NCBI RefSeq assembly: GCF_001194135.2
Contig: NC_068982.1
Coordinates: 7,758,191 to 7,822,190 of the forward strand
Origin: Octopus bimaculoides
Taxonomy: Eukaryota
Reading direction: 5' to 3'
Length of the DNA: 64,000 nucleotides
Positions 12,501 through 26,623 of this stretch are shown here, piece by piece. Below the pieces are notes generated by a model that worked only from the letters and a program-made list of their open reading frames with translations, searched no databases and had not been told where the DNA came from. The position numbers and the translations under genes are program-made. The number at the start of each line of letters is the position of its first letter. Position 1 is the first letter of the stretch.

Positions 12501-15500
12501 ACCTCTGGACTGAGCTTTTGTCAAAATGGAGAAGGTTATTCTCATGGTCTTTTGCTCCCTTACCTGATTGTAAAAATATATGAGTGGTTGGTGGAGGCTG
12601 CAGAACCCATTGAGAATGATGCCATCAGTAAGGTTAAATTTGCCTGTGAGCAAAACCATGAATTTGGTGTTCAGGTAGTTCATGAAGATTCAGTTCTCGG
12701 CCACATCTTTTTATCGCAGACCTACAGGCCAGAAACGAGGAATTGAGACTCGCTGCGCTTTGGAGATACATTGTGTTGATGACCTAGTTGTAACAGCTGC
12801 AACACTACCAGAACTAGAGAAGGAACTTCAAGTCTAGAAGCAACCACCAAAATGATAGGCCCAGGTTTTTAAAACAATAATGAATACTGGAATTCATTTG
12901 TTCCATTAAAATCTTCAAGGTCGTGCCCCACAAGGCTGACTGGATCAAATGATTGAAACTACAAAACATAACTTCCATATGCTATATATATATTTATCAA
13001 TATTTCTTACTTATTGAAAATGCAGCTTCCATATTCATACATTTTGCAAACAAACTTATTTAGCAACTCTTTCTTTTAATCGTGTTTCTTTTCAATGATC
13101 GCCAAACATCATACATAAATGATTTCTGTTATTTAAATCATGAATTTCACACTTACTTGATGGTTTCACACACAACTTTACAGAAACAGTCACTCTCATC
13201 GGCCTTTTTGGACTACGGGGACTAATGGTCAATGCAACCTTTCCGTAGCCACCGTTTGGTTTTATTATGAATCCTTCACTGGGTTGCAATAGTGGAGAAA
13301 CAATATATTCTGGCATAGTCCTCTGGTTAGTAGCACTTTCCCCAAACACATATGTTTCCCCAGATGTAGGTTTCTGTAAAAGAATATTTTCAATACAGTT
13401 GCTGCTATGTATATATATGTATAAAATTGCACTCATCAAAAATCAAACTTACCTTTAATCTTCCATACATTTTTACTTCATAATATTTTACATTTTCGGA
13501 AACAACAAGAGAAATTTGTCCACCGGAGTTAAGCTTATCACCAATATCTATATAAATAAACCTCTTTCTTGCTGTCTTTGTTTTCCAACCAGATCCACTT
13601 GGACGGATCTTCCCGGGATAGTCCGAAGGTAACAGCACTATTGAAGTATCTGGTATCACATTTTCATTAGCCATTCCTTCAATATTTTCACATTCAACTA
13701 CAAAAAATAAATAATATATACATCACAAAACTTAGAATAACTAAACAATATCAGAATATAAAACATTAATTTTATTCGTAAGAAAGACAGCATTATTCCA
13801 TGGAAAGTATGTAGCAATTGGAACTAGCATTATTCCAAATGCACAAACAATCTCTATATTATCATGCTTCACTTCTCAACAGTGTAGTGAAAACATATTT
13901 TAACTCAATCAATTGTACATATGACACATTACATAACAAATGGATAAAATCTATTTCTCATAACGCAACAGGTAAATACAGAATCTTGCTCCCAAACAGG
14001 TATGTCTTTCAATGCGTACATGTGTGTAACATTTTCATTCAGTCTCTGTGCATTCTCTAAAAACCAATGCTTAGAATTAATTTAATGCATTCATATGTAT
14101 GTAATAGAAGAGTTAGGCAAGTTTCAGCAACAAGATTATTCATATCTGTCACAACGCAAATATCAGAAATGAAAGCAATGGAGATTAAATTTAAGAAAAC
14201 CCAACACAAATGACGCAGAAAGCTACAATTCTGAAATATATGGGAATGTTTTCAAACATCTTATTATGGCTTACCAATAAACATTAGATTATGATACTTA
14301 CATATTGTGGTAGACACTGTACTCAGTACAGTGGAAACACTGGGTGACACTGTTGTAGACACACTGCGTGACACTGTTGTAGACACACTGGGTGACACTG
14401 TTGTAGACACACTGGGTGACACTGTTGTAAACACACTGGGTGACACTGTTGTAGGCAAACTAGGTGACACTGTTGTTGATATACTTGTAGGGATCAACGT
14501 TGAAACGCTTGGTGTTGATTTGTAAGCTAAGAAGAAAACAAAAATATTCTATTCAGTTTACCAGTCACACATTTCAAACGTGAATTTTCTCATTAACATG
14601 TACGGAATAACATTTTCACGTGCAACTCTAATTTCCAATGGTTTATTTAAGAGTCATCTTATTTACTACAATACAATGAATCTCACACAACACACATATT
14701 TTTACTTTACATACAATGTGATGATAAATACATTTTATTTTACAAGAATCTTGGCAATGAGGTATCATCCACTCTTGGCTATCTGATACTACATGTTCAC
14801 TGTAATAACTATTTCTCCAAACCTAAATCTATCTTTAAGCCTGTGATATTTCAATATCGTATTCAAACATTGGGTATATAATTCCCAGGAAGCAGATGTA
14901 AAATTAATGTGTTCATCCAACCTATATTGCAAGACTCCAGAACGCCCTCTCAACATCACCTATCAACCTCTCATCTCAACCAACACGCTACTCTTTATAA
15001 AAATTCATCTAGTCCATTCTTCCAATCCCCTAGGGGTGTCAATGACTCTTCCCACATCTCCCCCTTTGAGATTGACTCCTGTTGGAAGTTAATACCATTA
15101 TTTTCATTTATTTAGTTTTGTTTCATCACATCTCCATTTTTGAGATTTTTTACCTAGAGAAGTTTAAAATTTCTTCCAGTTAGGCACTGCTTTGCCCATT
15201 CTATTTGTTTCCTCTTTCTTATGCTGCTATACCTAGTTTTGGTTTCTTATGGCTTTGAAGCTTCAGAGGCTTTTCCATATATCCATATATCTACTTTTTA
15301 GCTGATTTAAATGCCTTTGGTGTTCCTATTTTTCACCTCTTATCATACGTGTAATTTTGCCTATTCTTTTTGTTACTACTCCATCTTCCCAACCTCATCT
15401 TCCAATTTTATATATTTTGAAAATTCTCCTTGTCACCGATATTAAAATGCTGTTGTATATTTACTGTTTTCCCTATTTGCTTTTCTTACTGGTAACAGCA

Positions 15501-18500
15501 TGTCAAAAATTGACTTTAATTTTTCAAGCAATTAGTTCCGCCTGTGACTTGCTTGAAAAAGAATTTTGGTTTGACAAGATCGTTGCCAGTGCCCCTGGAC
15601 TGGTTCTTGTGCGGGTGGCACATGAGATGCACCATTTTGAGCGTGGCCGTTGCCAGTACCGCCTGACTGGCTCCTGTAGGATTTTCGAGCGAGATCGTTG
15701 CCAGTGCCCCTGGACTGGCTTGTGCGGGTGGCACATAAAAGACACCATTTCGAGCGTGGCCGTTTTCGTGCGGGTGACACGTAAAAGCACCCACTACACT
15801 CTCTGAGTGGTTGGCGTTAGGAAGGGCATCCAGCTGTAGAAACTCTGCCAAATCAGACTGGAGCCTGGTGTTGCCATCCGGTTTCACCAGTCCTCAGTCA
15901 AATCGTCCAACCCATGCTAGCATGGAAAGCGGACGTTAAACGATGATGATGATGATGATGATTATCCTATAAACCCTCAAGAATTGCATTAATGCTGTGT
16001 CATTGGCTAGCACTTTTCTTGATTTCTTTAATGCTCTTTTAAATGTATCCACAAACCTTTTCGCTTGTTTGTTTGATCTTGGGTGATATAGAGTTGTGAT
16101 ATGTTCAACTCGATACATCTTGCAAAAATTCTGAAATACATTAGCCGCGAATTGTGTACCGTTATCGGAGACTATGGCATCCGGGACACCATACCTGGCA
16201 AAAAGTTCATGTAGAAATTCCACTGTTACCGTGGATGTCAAGTTTTCCATATTTACACATTTCTGACCACTTAGTAAAGCTATCTACCACTATTAAATAA
16301 TATGATCGGTTTAACGGTCCTGCAAAGTCCTTGTGTAGTCAGGACCATGGTATATCGGTCTTGCACCAAGATTGAAATTTTTATAAGTTGTGATTTCGCT
16401 GCAAGAGCACAACCTCTGCAGGATTTTAACAGCTTCTCAATATCTAGAACAATTTCTGGCCAGTAAACAGAACTACTTATAATCGATTTCATTCCTGGAT
16501 GTCTAGTGTGGAACTCCTTTAACATTCAACCTTGTAGTGAGGTAGGCATTACAACCCTCTGTGCATACATAAGCACATTATCACATATGGAATACAAATT
16601 CAAAACCATGTCACATCCAGCCACATATATTTTTTTAGTTTGTTTTTTCTGATCTCACTATTTTTTTTCATTTTTATGATAAACTCGTCCGTCTCTGCCT
16701 GAATTTTTATTTCCTCCAATGTCACAGGTAATTCACACACAACATTGCACAATATATTTTTTATTTTATTTTCAGTTTTTAATGCCACTATCACTGTGTT
16801 TTATAGTGGTTCACTGTATTTTGTTACTAATTTTGACAAACTATCTGCATGTCCCAATTTTTTCGATGGCAAATACTCCATCTTGAAATCATAATTCAGT
16901 AGGATTGTTCCCCAGCACTGTAATCTGTTGGCTGTATGAGTAGGAACACCCTTTTTTGACTGCAGATGGAACCTTCTTCCATGTATAAATTTATGGCATG
17001 TTTTCACTACAAATATGATGGCTGCTGCCTCTTTTTCTATTTGACTGTAAGTTTTCTCAGCCGGCAATAATGAATGTATAGATGATCAAGGTGATGTGTA
17101 GTGTGACCATCTAATAATGATTCATATTGCCCCATTTTTTTGTTTCGTTATATAACATGAGCTTTTATGTCCGATTTTTCCACACTCAAAACATTTACGA
17201 TTTTTAAAAGGACAATTACTTCTAAAATGTAAACCCATAGCATGGATTTGGTCTTGACATTCGTTTTTCCTTTTTTTCATGCATTTCAGATTGACATGCA
17301 TATATCTGAGAGCAAACTTCTTTTTCAATTTTATCAGCATTATGTCTTAAATTTATATTCTTCAGCCACTGCCTGTAGAGTTAATTTTTGGTCCTGTTCT
17401 AATTTTGTTAATATACAGGAAAGTATATCAGCATCTTTTCTTGCAGTTAAACCTTGAACAAAAATTAGACATTTGAGCAAATCTGAATTTTTCACACTCT
17501 CTGTTAACAACCGCAGCATAGGTGACGAAATCTTCATCTTTTTTAGATAATAATTTGATTGTTTCAGCAAAACAAATCTCACATGGTTTCTTCGGCAGAA
17601 TATAATTACAGTATTTTTTGTGTTTGGCAGGGTGTAACTTTCTTAAAAGTAATTGCACCTTCTTCTTGTCGTTCCAATTTCTACATTCTCCTTTGAAGAT
17701 TTCTTCGTTGCTAGGCCAGCTGACAAGAACAAACCTGAAGTATTTTCAAACTGCTTCAACATTACTTCCAGTAACTGTTAGTATTGTTGCTGTTGTAACT
17801 GTTGTTGTTGCATCGTCACCATGCAAGCCAATAAAGTCTTCCATGTTAATGATTTTTTCTTTGATTTCATATCAAAAATAAATTTTAACATCTGACACAA
17901 GCTTCAAATATCTTGTCGCCATTTTTATATCTTAGACAAATGTTTGATGTATAATTTAAGGAAGTGGAGGTAAAATTAATGCGTTCACACGACATACTTC
18001 GCGAGACTCCAAAATGTCCTCTCATTAACTCCTTTCAACCTCTCATTTCAACCACTATGTGACTCCTTATAAGAGTTCAGCTAGTCCGTTTTTCCAATCC
18101 CCCAGTGATGTCAATGACTCTCACTACAACAGATGTATAAATTTCTGCAAATATTTCCACATTATTCAAAATGTATTGCACACACTGATGCACTGTAATG
18201 AAACTTAAATTCACTAACTCTTCCATTCCATTTCCATTGCATTTCAATTAGTTGTGATGAGATGCAACAATTATACATAAATGGTATTTGCTATTAAAAT
18301 TATCAATTTCACACTTACTTGTTGGTTTCACACATATCTTCACAGAAACAGTCACTACCACGGGGATTACATTGATAGTGGCAACAATGGTCAGTTGAAT
18401 CTTTGTTTTTCCCATTCCAGGTTTAATGCTAAAAGCCTCTGTAGGTGTCAGTAACGGAGAAACAACCCTCTCTGGCATTACACTTACTTCAGACTCCGGT

Positions 18501-19200
18501 TCCTGTAAAAACCACAAGGGTATATTTAATGTAAATGGAGAAAATACACACTCAGAGAAAGCAGTGCATATCACATATCAAAACTTTGCAAACACACACA
18601 CCAGGCAATTATTAAACTCACCTTTACTTTTCCAAACAATTCTACTTGATAAATTTCTATATTCTTTGATTTGACAAGATAAACTTCTCCTCCGTTGTTA
18701 AGGTCATCTCCAATATCTATATAAATAATCCTATTCCCCGTAGTATTCGTTTTCCAACCTTGTCCATTGGGTCGAATATCACTTGGATTACCAGGAGGAT
18801 TAAGTATGATCGAATCATCAGATATTACATTCTCATTGTCCATTCCATCAATATTTTCACATTCAACTGCAAAGTAAAATAAACATGTAGAGAAACAAGG
18901 AAACGCCATTTAACACATTGTATTTCTCTATATTATACATTGGAAAATGTACAACTAGTAGAGAATTCATAAAGTAGCTGTTTCTTGATTGGGGGGGGGG
19001 AATTTTCATACAGCTNNNNNNNNNNNNNNNNNNNNNNNNNNNNNNNNNNNNNNNNNNNNNNNNNNNNNNNNNNNNNNNNNNNNNNNNNNNNNNNNNNNNN
19101 NNNNNNNNNNNNNNNNNNNNNNNNNNNNNNNNNNNNNNNNNNNNNNNNNNNNNNNNNNNNNNNNNNNNNNNNNNNNNNNNNNNNNNNNNNNNNNNNNNNN

Positions 19201-19234
<34 letters not shown>

Positions 19235-22200
19235 ATTTTCGAAATACTTTCTTCAATACGCTAACCAATATATATTTAAATACTTACAAGTTGTGGTAGT
19301 CATAGTGCTAGGTGAAACTGTTGTAGACACACTGGGTGGAACTGTTGTTGATATGTTAGTGTAGAGTGGTGTTGAAAGGTAAGCTAAAAATAACATTAAA
19401 ATAAACTATAACTTTTGGCATTAAATATATACATCAATGCAACAAAAACAGAATGACACTCATTAAAGTCTTTACATAATATTTTACAATTAAAATTATG
19501 ATAGCAATTTTCTTTTGAAATTCCATATCAAAATTTTCAAACAGAAATCAAAAACATCACCAGAGAAAATCTTTGACCAAGATCCAATCTGCAAATATTT
19601 TGATTCACTCGTAGACCTCAACATGTTCCCTTGATTTGTAATGATTTGTATTTGCTTTATCAATACTTTTTATATTTTGCAAACAAGAAAATTGTTTTCT
19701 TGCACATCTTGCAACCATTCAGAAAATTCAACTCAATTTTTTGAGATCTCTGGTTTGTAATCTATCTTAACTTCAAATATACAAGGAAACTAAAAAAGGT
19801 CATTCTAAATAGCTGCATCCTACATTCTAAATAACTGCATCTTACTTTCTGCACCAGGCTCCAGTTGTCTGTTTTGGCAGGGTTTCTATGGTTGGATGCC
19901 CCTCCTAACACCAAACACTTTACTGGGTGCTTTTTATGTTCAGGAATTTTTTACATGGCACCAGCATGAGTGCTTTTTATGTGGCACCAGTATATATAAA
20001 CCAGCTACTATCAGCATACTGATTCACATGCTCATTGCACATTCTCATAGACAGCAGTTTAGATTCTCACTTCCAAATGTATGCTCTGACATTATTTCAT
20101 ATCCAACTTTCAATGCACACCAAAAGAACAACATTTGTGTCCTTTCATTTGTTGTTTTATAACCAATCCTGAATGGGTGAAGAATTTTAATTTGAAACTA
20201 ACCGAAATCTGATCTGTTAATTCTTCATTTCATCCGGCATTTCCCCTGATTTGTATTTGCTTCATCAGGACATTTTTTCTATATTTGAAATAAGACAACT
20301 GATTTTTGTTTATCTTCCAACTAAAAGTAACTTCAGCTCAACCTTTCCAGATTTCTGTCTCATAATTTATCCTCTTCATTTCAAATATTCATGGAGACAA
20401 AGAAAAGTTCGAAACAGTCATATTTTCTGACAGAGATACAGTAACAGGGGTGATGTAGTTTAGCTCTTGGCCCATAGACAAAGGGTTCAATATCTCGCGG
20501 CCATCACCATTTCAACACAACCTGCATCAGTTATAGCCAATGACTGCCAAATAATGGCTTTGTATTTTAGCACAAAACTAGCAATTTTGAAGAAAGGAGA
20601 TTACTTGATACCTCACTCCCATTACATGACTGGTACTTTATCAACCTCGGAGGGGTGAAAGGCAAGGTGAACTTGTTCCAATTTGAACTCAGAATGTAGA
20701 GTTGAAACAAACAACACAAAACATTTTTCTTTTCCCAATCTTTCTACTGGTTCTATTAGCTTTCTTATTAATTAATAACCAACTACTGACTATTAATTAA
20801 TAACCATCTACCTGTCACACTCCACTTCTCTGACCAACCACTTTACCATTATCATACAAGTGTAACCATATTTTTCACTGAAAAGCTCAACTGACTCCAC
20901 ATGAACTGTCTGAGGAAGCTGCTGAAAATCAACTGGCAAGACAAAGTCCCAGATACAGAAAGCCTCTGTTAAGCTTATCTGCTATATGTTTACACACTGC
21001 TGAGGAGAGCACAAATCAGGAGGGCAGGCCCCTTTGTTTGAATGCCTGACACACAACTCCGCAAGAGACTGTTTTACAGCTAACTAGTGGAAGGCAAGTG
21101 TTCACAAGGTGAACAGAAAAGGTGCTTCAAGGACCCACTCAAAGCCTCACTGAAGAGCTTTGATATCAACCCTGATACCTGGGAAATGCAAGCACAAGAC
21201 TGCCTTGCCTGGTAAAGCTGCACCAACAGAGATACAACTTCCTAGAAACAGAACAGAATTGCAGGGGCACAAAGAGAACTGTGTAAGTCTAGAGCCAACT
21301 CCTTGTCTTCAGTCCTAGCAGACCACAAGTGTTTGACCTACAGCAGAGCCTTGCAAGTACACACCATACTGATTGGCCACAGCTGGACACACAATGCCCT
21401 GTCTTTTTCTCCCATATGACATCCTTGGTCATCATTGATACTGATGGATGAATTAATATATTTTTCATAAGCAAATAATTTCACACACGCTGCCCAACGC
21501 ATCAATACTTGAAACAGTAGAGGTTCAAATACTAAATTTTGAAAACATTTGTAAATAAACATTTTATTATATAGCAAATATACTGTCTACATTTGTTTCC
21601 ATTTAATTTGAAATATAATTCATGTTTAAATTAACCTTGTGATGATGAATATTTCTTACCATTACATAGTTTTTCCTCATAAATACAATTCAAACTTTAG
21701 CATTGCATAATGTGCCTTATAAACTGTTTCAGTACTGATATCTAGAATATCAGTACTTATCTATACTCGTCCTTTTACATAAGTTCACATTGATGACTTG
21801 TCAATCCTTCCAGCCATTCACAACTGCCAACACTCATCCATTCTCAATACATTTACACATTTTAGAAAATGTATTTATTATAAAAATTATTTTTAGTATA
21901 TGTTCTCTGCACATATCTTCATAGTAAATGACTCTAGATATCAGTACTGAAACAGTTTATAAGGTACATAATGTAATACTAAAGTTTGAATGGTATTTAT
22001 GAGGAGAAACTATGTAATGATGAGAAATAGTCATCATCACAAGGTTAATTTAAACATGAATTATATTCAAAATTCAATGGAAACTTGTATAAATAACCAA
22101 AGAATTTGCTCACCTGTCGTTTGTGTAACAATACTAGATTCTGTAGTTGATACATAGGTGGTATACTTCACAGTGGTTGATACTGAAGAATAATGCATAA

Positions 22201-24268
22201 TTGAAATCATAGCTATATAGTTATCATCATTAAATTTTAATTTTATTTAATTTTAGTGGTAAATAAATTGGGATGAAACAGCAAATATGGTTTTTTTATC
22301 CGTATTTGAGCAAATATATAAAATGAACATTAAAGACAAAGAAAATCTGAGAACCAGTTTCTCTGTATATGTAAAAAGAAACTCCGTTTAAACCATAAAT
22401 ATCTTTCCCAGCTAATCCTAGTTTACTACCATTAAAAGAATAACTAGATTTGGATTCTTCAAAAATGACTGACTCTGTTACAATCTTTGCATCATTTCTC
22501 TCTGACCTCTACAACCTTTCCATATTCAATGCACATGTGCAAGCATGGCTGTGTGGTAAGAAGCTTGCTTCTCAATAATATGGTTCTGGGTTCAGTCTCA
22601 CCGCATGTCACCTTGGGCGAGTGTCTTCGGGCCAACTGAGTGGATTTGATAGACAAAAACTGAAAGAAGCTTGTTGTACACACACATATACATATATACA
22701 TGCATATATATATCTATATATACATATATATATATATATATCATCATCATCATCATAATCATGTTAAACAATGATAATGATGATGATACAAATATGTATG
22801 TATATATATATCTATGTGTGTGTCTCTGTATCTCTTTGTCTCCCCACTATGATTTGATGACTGGTGTTAGTATTTCAGCAAAAGAGACTGATAAAATAGG
22901 TACTAGGCTTCAAAAAACAAACCCTAGGGTCGATTTGTTTGACTAAAACCCTTGAAGGTGGTGCCCCAGCATGACCATTGTCAAATGACTGAAATGAGTA
23001 AAAGATAAAAGCTGCCCCAATATTATGTAGTATCACATTTCTAATCTTAGGTATGAGCACAGGTACATTTGGCATGGTTCAGAAGTTTGCTTCTGGACCA
23101 TGCGATTAGGGATTTCAGCACCACTGAATGAACACTGTCAGTTAATATTGTCTACTACAGCCATTATCATCATCATTTAATGTCTGCTTTCCATGCTGGC
23201 ATAGGCTGGATGGTTTGACTGAAAACTGGTAAGTCGCAGGGCTGCACCAGGTTCCAATCTGGCTTGGTAAGTTTTTACGGTTGGATGCCCTTCCTAATAC
23301 CAACTACTCCAAGTGTAATAGGTGTGTTTTACATGCCACTGACACAGGTGTCAATGACCTAACACTGGCATCAGCCACGACTACGGTCTCACTTGGCTTG
23401 ACAAGTCTACACAAGCATGGTGTATCGCCAAAAGTCTTGGGCAGCTGTCACTGCATCCATGAATCCAAACGCACAAACAGTGCTTTTTACATGCCACCAG
23501 CACTGGCAGCAGCCACGACTTCATTCGATTTGACTGGTCTTCACAAGCACAGCATATAACCCAACAACTGAAGAGTGTTTTCAATAGGCCAGTTACGCAA
23601 CACTGGCATCAGCTATAATTATGATCTCACTTGGCTATGACATCACTGCCTCAATGAGGCCCAACACTCAAATGGTGTTTTTTACGTGCCACCAGTATAG
23701 GTGCCAGTCAGATGGAACTGACATCGGCCCCCGACTATAATTTCACAAGGTTCGACAGGTCTTCACAAGCAAAGCATATTGCCCAACAATTGAAGAGTGC
23801 TTTAAACGGGCCAGTTACATGACACTGCATCAGCCATGACTACAATCTCCCTTGGCTTGACAGGGATTCACCAATACAAAATGTTGTGCAGGAACTGAAG
23901 AAGCTTGTCACATGTATGTATCCATGCATACGTGTATTTGTATGATTTCTATTTGTTTTAGGTGTGTTCATTGGCTGTAATCAAAATAACAGCCTCATTA
24001 TTGAATACAGATAGTGTCATATGCTTGCAGTCAACCATGAAAGCATGTCCTGGCTTTTGGCATGTTTTGATGCATTGCATAATCAATGTAAACAATAAGG
24101 CTCAAGACTACGTCCAGGATCTTTGTTACTCACTAGACAAGGTGATTATAACCTAACTTGAAAACAGGTGAAGGGTGGCTGCAGGAAGGGCGCTTGGCCA
24201 TAGAAAATCTGCCTCAATGAATTCCACCTAACACATACAAGCAAAGAAAAAAGTGGGCATTATGATGA

Positions 24269-24302
<34 letters not shown>

Positions 24303-26592
24303 GATGCTGATGATGGTGATGACAACAATGATGATGGCAAATTTGCAGAGTGAATAAAACATTTTGTTCCAAGCAGGTATAAAAACTCCACAAACTTTTT
24401 TCATCCATTCTATTTTCCAGCTTCTATGCAGTCATGCATATAGCACAAACACTTTTGTTTGTGCTATGTTTTGCAAATCTAAAAAACAGTCATTCATATA
24501 ACACAAACAAAAATGCTTTAAAGCAAAACTTAACAATGGTATAAGATTGAAAATATGAATTTGGTAAAATTGCAAAATTTAATGCTCACCACAGTCATCT
24601 TCATCATCTGCTAAATTGCAGTCATAAACTCCATCACAAACTTTAGTTTTATTAATACATTCTCCATCACTACATTGGTACTGGTCAAGTGTACAGTTAC
24701 AAGTTACACAAAACAGGTTTCCAGCTTTACAAGTGCTGTATTTTATAATGGTATAAAATAAAACAAATATGGGTCATTATACATGTCATAGCATCATTTA
24801 AATTATCAATTAACTTAATTGATAATTTTATTAGCAATTTTATTTTGGTGGCACAGTTTCTTTAACTGGCTGGAATTATGTTTTAATTGTTTCCTTTTTC
24901 CCATTCTGGCAAATACCAAAGTGATGAAAATTTATTGAACTTTAATAGGTTCTGCGGAGCTCTTTGAACTTTTCTTAGGATATTTAACACACCTAGAGTT
25001 TGCCAGTGTGCCTTCATGCTTGCACAAAGTTGGTCCCTATGTTGGAGTTGTAGCATCCACTTTTTAATTTACTGAATTTTAAAATTATAATTAAAAAGCA
25101 ATAATAAGATCGATATTTTGTTTTTTAAAAACTGCATAGTAGTAATTACTAGATAAGAAGAATAAAAAAAGAAATCTTGCAAGTAGATAAGAATTAAGTA
25201 AACATGTGTATAATTTCAGTTTCATTAATTAATTTCAAGGTACAGGAATAATTAACAAACAACAGCAACAAATTTGACATTTAGTTTACCTTCAATCTAT
25301 GGATAATCTCATATCCTCATTTACAACAATATTCCTTGAATGACTACATGGACATGTTTCTTTAACTTTTTAGCATTCAGATTAATCCGTTAAATATAAT
25401 ACATATTTATTCACATTCTTTTGAGTTCATCATGCATTATCTCATAGATTTTGATGATATGATTGTTTATTTTAAGAATGACATGGTCAGGTAGGTGTGA
25501 GTGGCTGCATCTGACAAGTTTGAACATAAATGAGGTAAAATATTTGGGCTGCATGTGGTCAATTTAAATGCTAAAGGGTTAAAGCAAGAATCCTCACAAT
25601 CAAAATAGAATTTTAATATTTCTTTCTTTATAAAATCTTGAGTTTAATATACAGTAAAGATTCTTCAAAACAAACTTACCAATTCTTGCAATTATTCTTA
25701 ATAATGAACGTTCCAGATGGATAAATATTCTCCTCATCTAGACATGGGCATTCCGTTTTAGGTATGCACTTATCACCTGTAAGATATTTAATGTATGTTA
25801 TGAACACAGTGATACTGAACCTGGAATCATGTGGTTGGGAAGTAAACTTCTTACCACACAGCCACAGACCTACACATAAATTAATGTTCCACACATAAAG
25901 CGTCATACCCCCCCCCCACCTTATTTTTTTACACTTGTGAAAGATATTCTACACCAGTAATTCCCAACCTGTGATCCACAGACCCCTGCAGGTCTGCAAA
26001 AGTAGTACTGGGGGTCCATGAAATGAATTCAAAATTTCATATGTGTATACATAAGGATAAGCATATTAAAAGGGGTCCATGAGAAAACTCTTTTAAATAA
26101 AAGGGTTGGGAACCACTGTTAGGAACATCATCGTCATCATCATCATCATTTAACGTCCGCTTTCCATGCTGGCATGGGTTGGACGGTTTGACTGAGGGCT
26201 GGCAAGCAAGAGGGCTGCACCAGGCTCCAGTCCAATCTGGCAAACTTTCAACAGTTGGTAGCCCTTCCTAAATGCCAACCACTCCTAGAGTGTAGTGGGT
26301 GCTTTTTACTACCCTGCAAGTGCTAGTGCCACATAAAAAGCATCCAGTTTACACTGTAAAGTGGTTAGCATTTGGAAGGGCAATCCAGCAGTAAAAACCA
26401 TGCCAAAACTGACCTCACCTATGTTGGTGCCACATAAAAATGCACTCAGCAGAGTGGTTGATGTTAGGAAGGGCATCCAGCCATAAAAGCTATGCCAAAA
26501 CAGACACTGAAGCCTGGTGCAGCCTTCTGCCAAGCCACCTCCTGTTGAACCATCCAACCCATGCCAGCATGGAAAGCAGACATTAAATAATA

Positions 26593-26623
<31 letters not shown>

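Noticed and set aside
23361-23870. Imperfect ~140-bp tandem units
   Set aside because: Internal tandem expansion within a common SINE/LINE-tail repeat; no coding or spacer structure.
24214-24408. Poly-His ORF
   Set aside because: Translation of a (GAT/GGT)n SINE tail.
25290-25361. KETCPCSHSRNIVVNEDMRLSID* resembling a duplicated E-module exon
   Set aside because: In-frame stop, no acceptor (abuts a MITE), and exons 18 and 19 already join in phase; may be chance or a dead exon.
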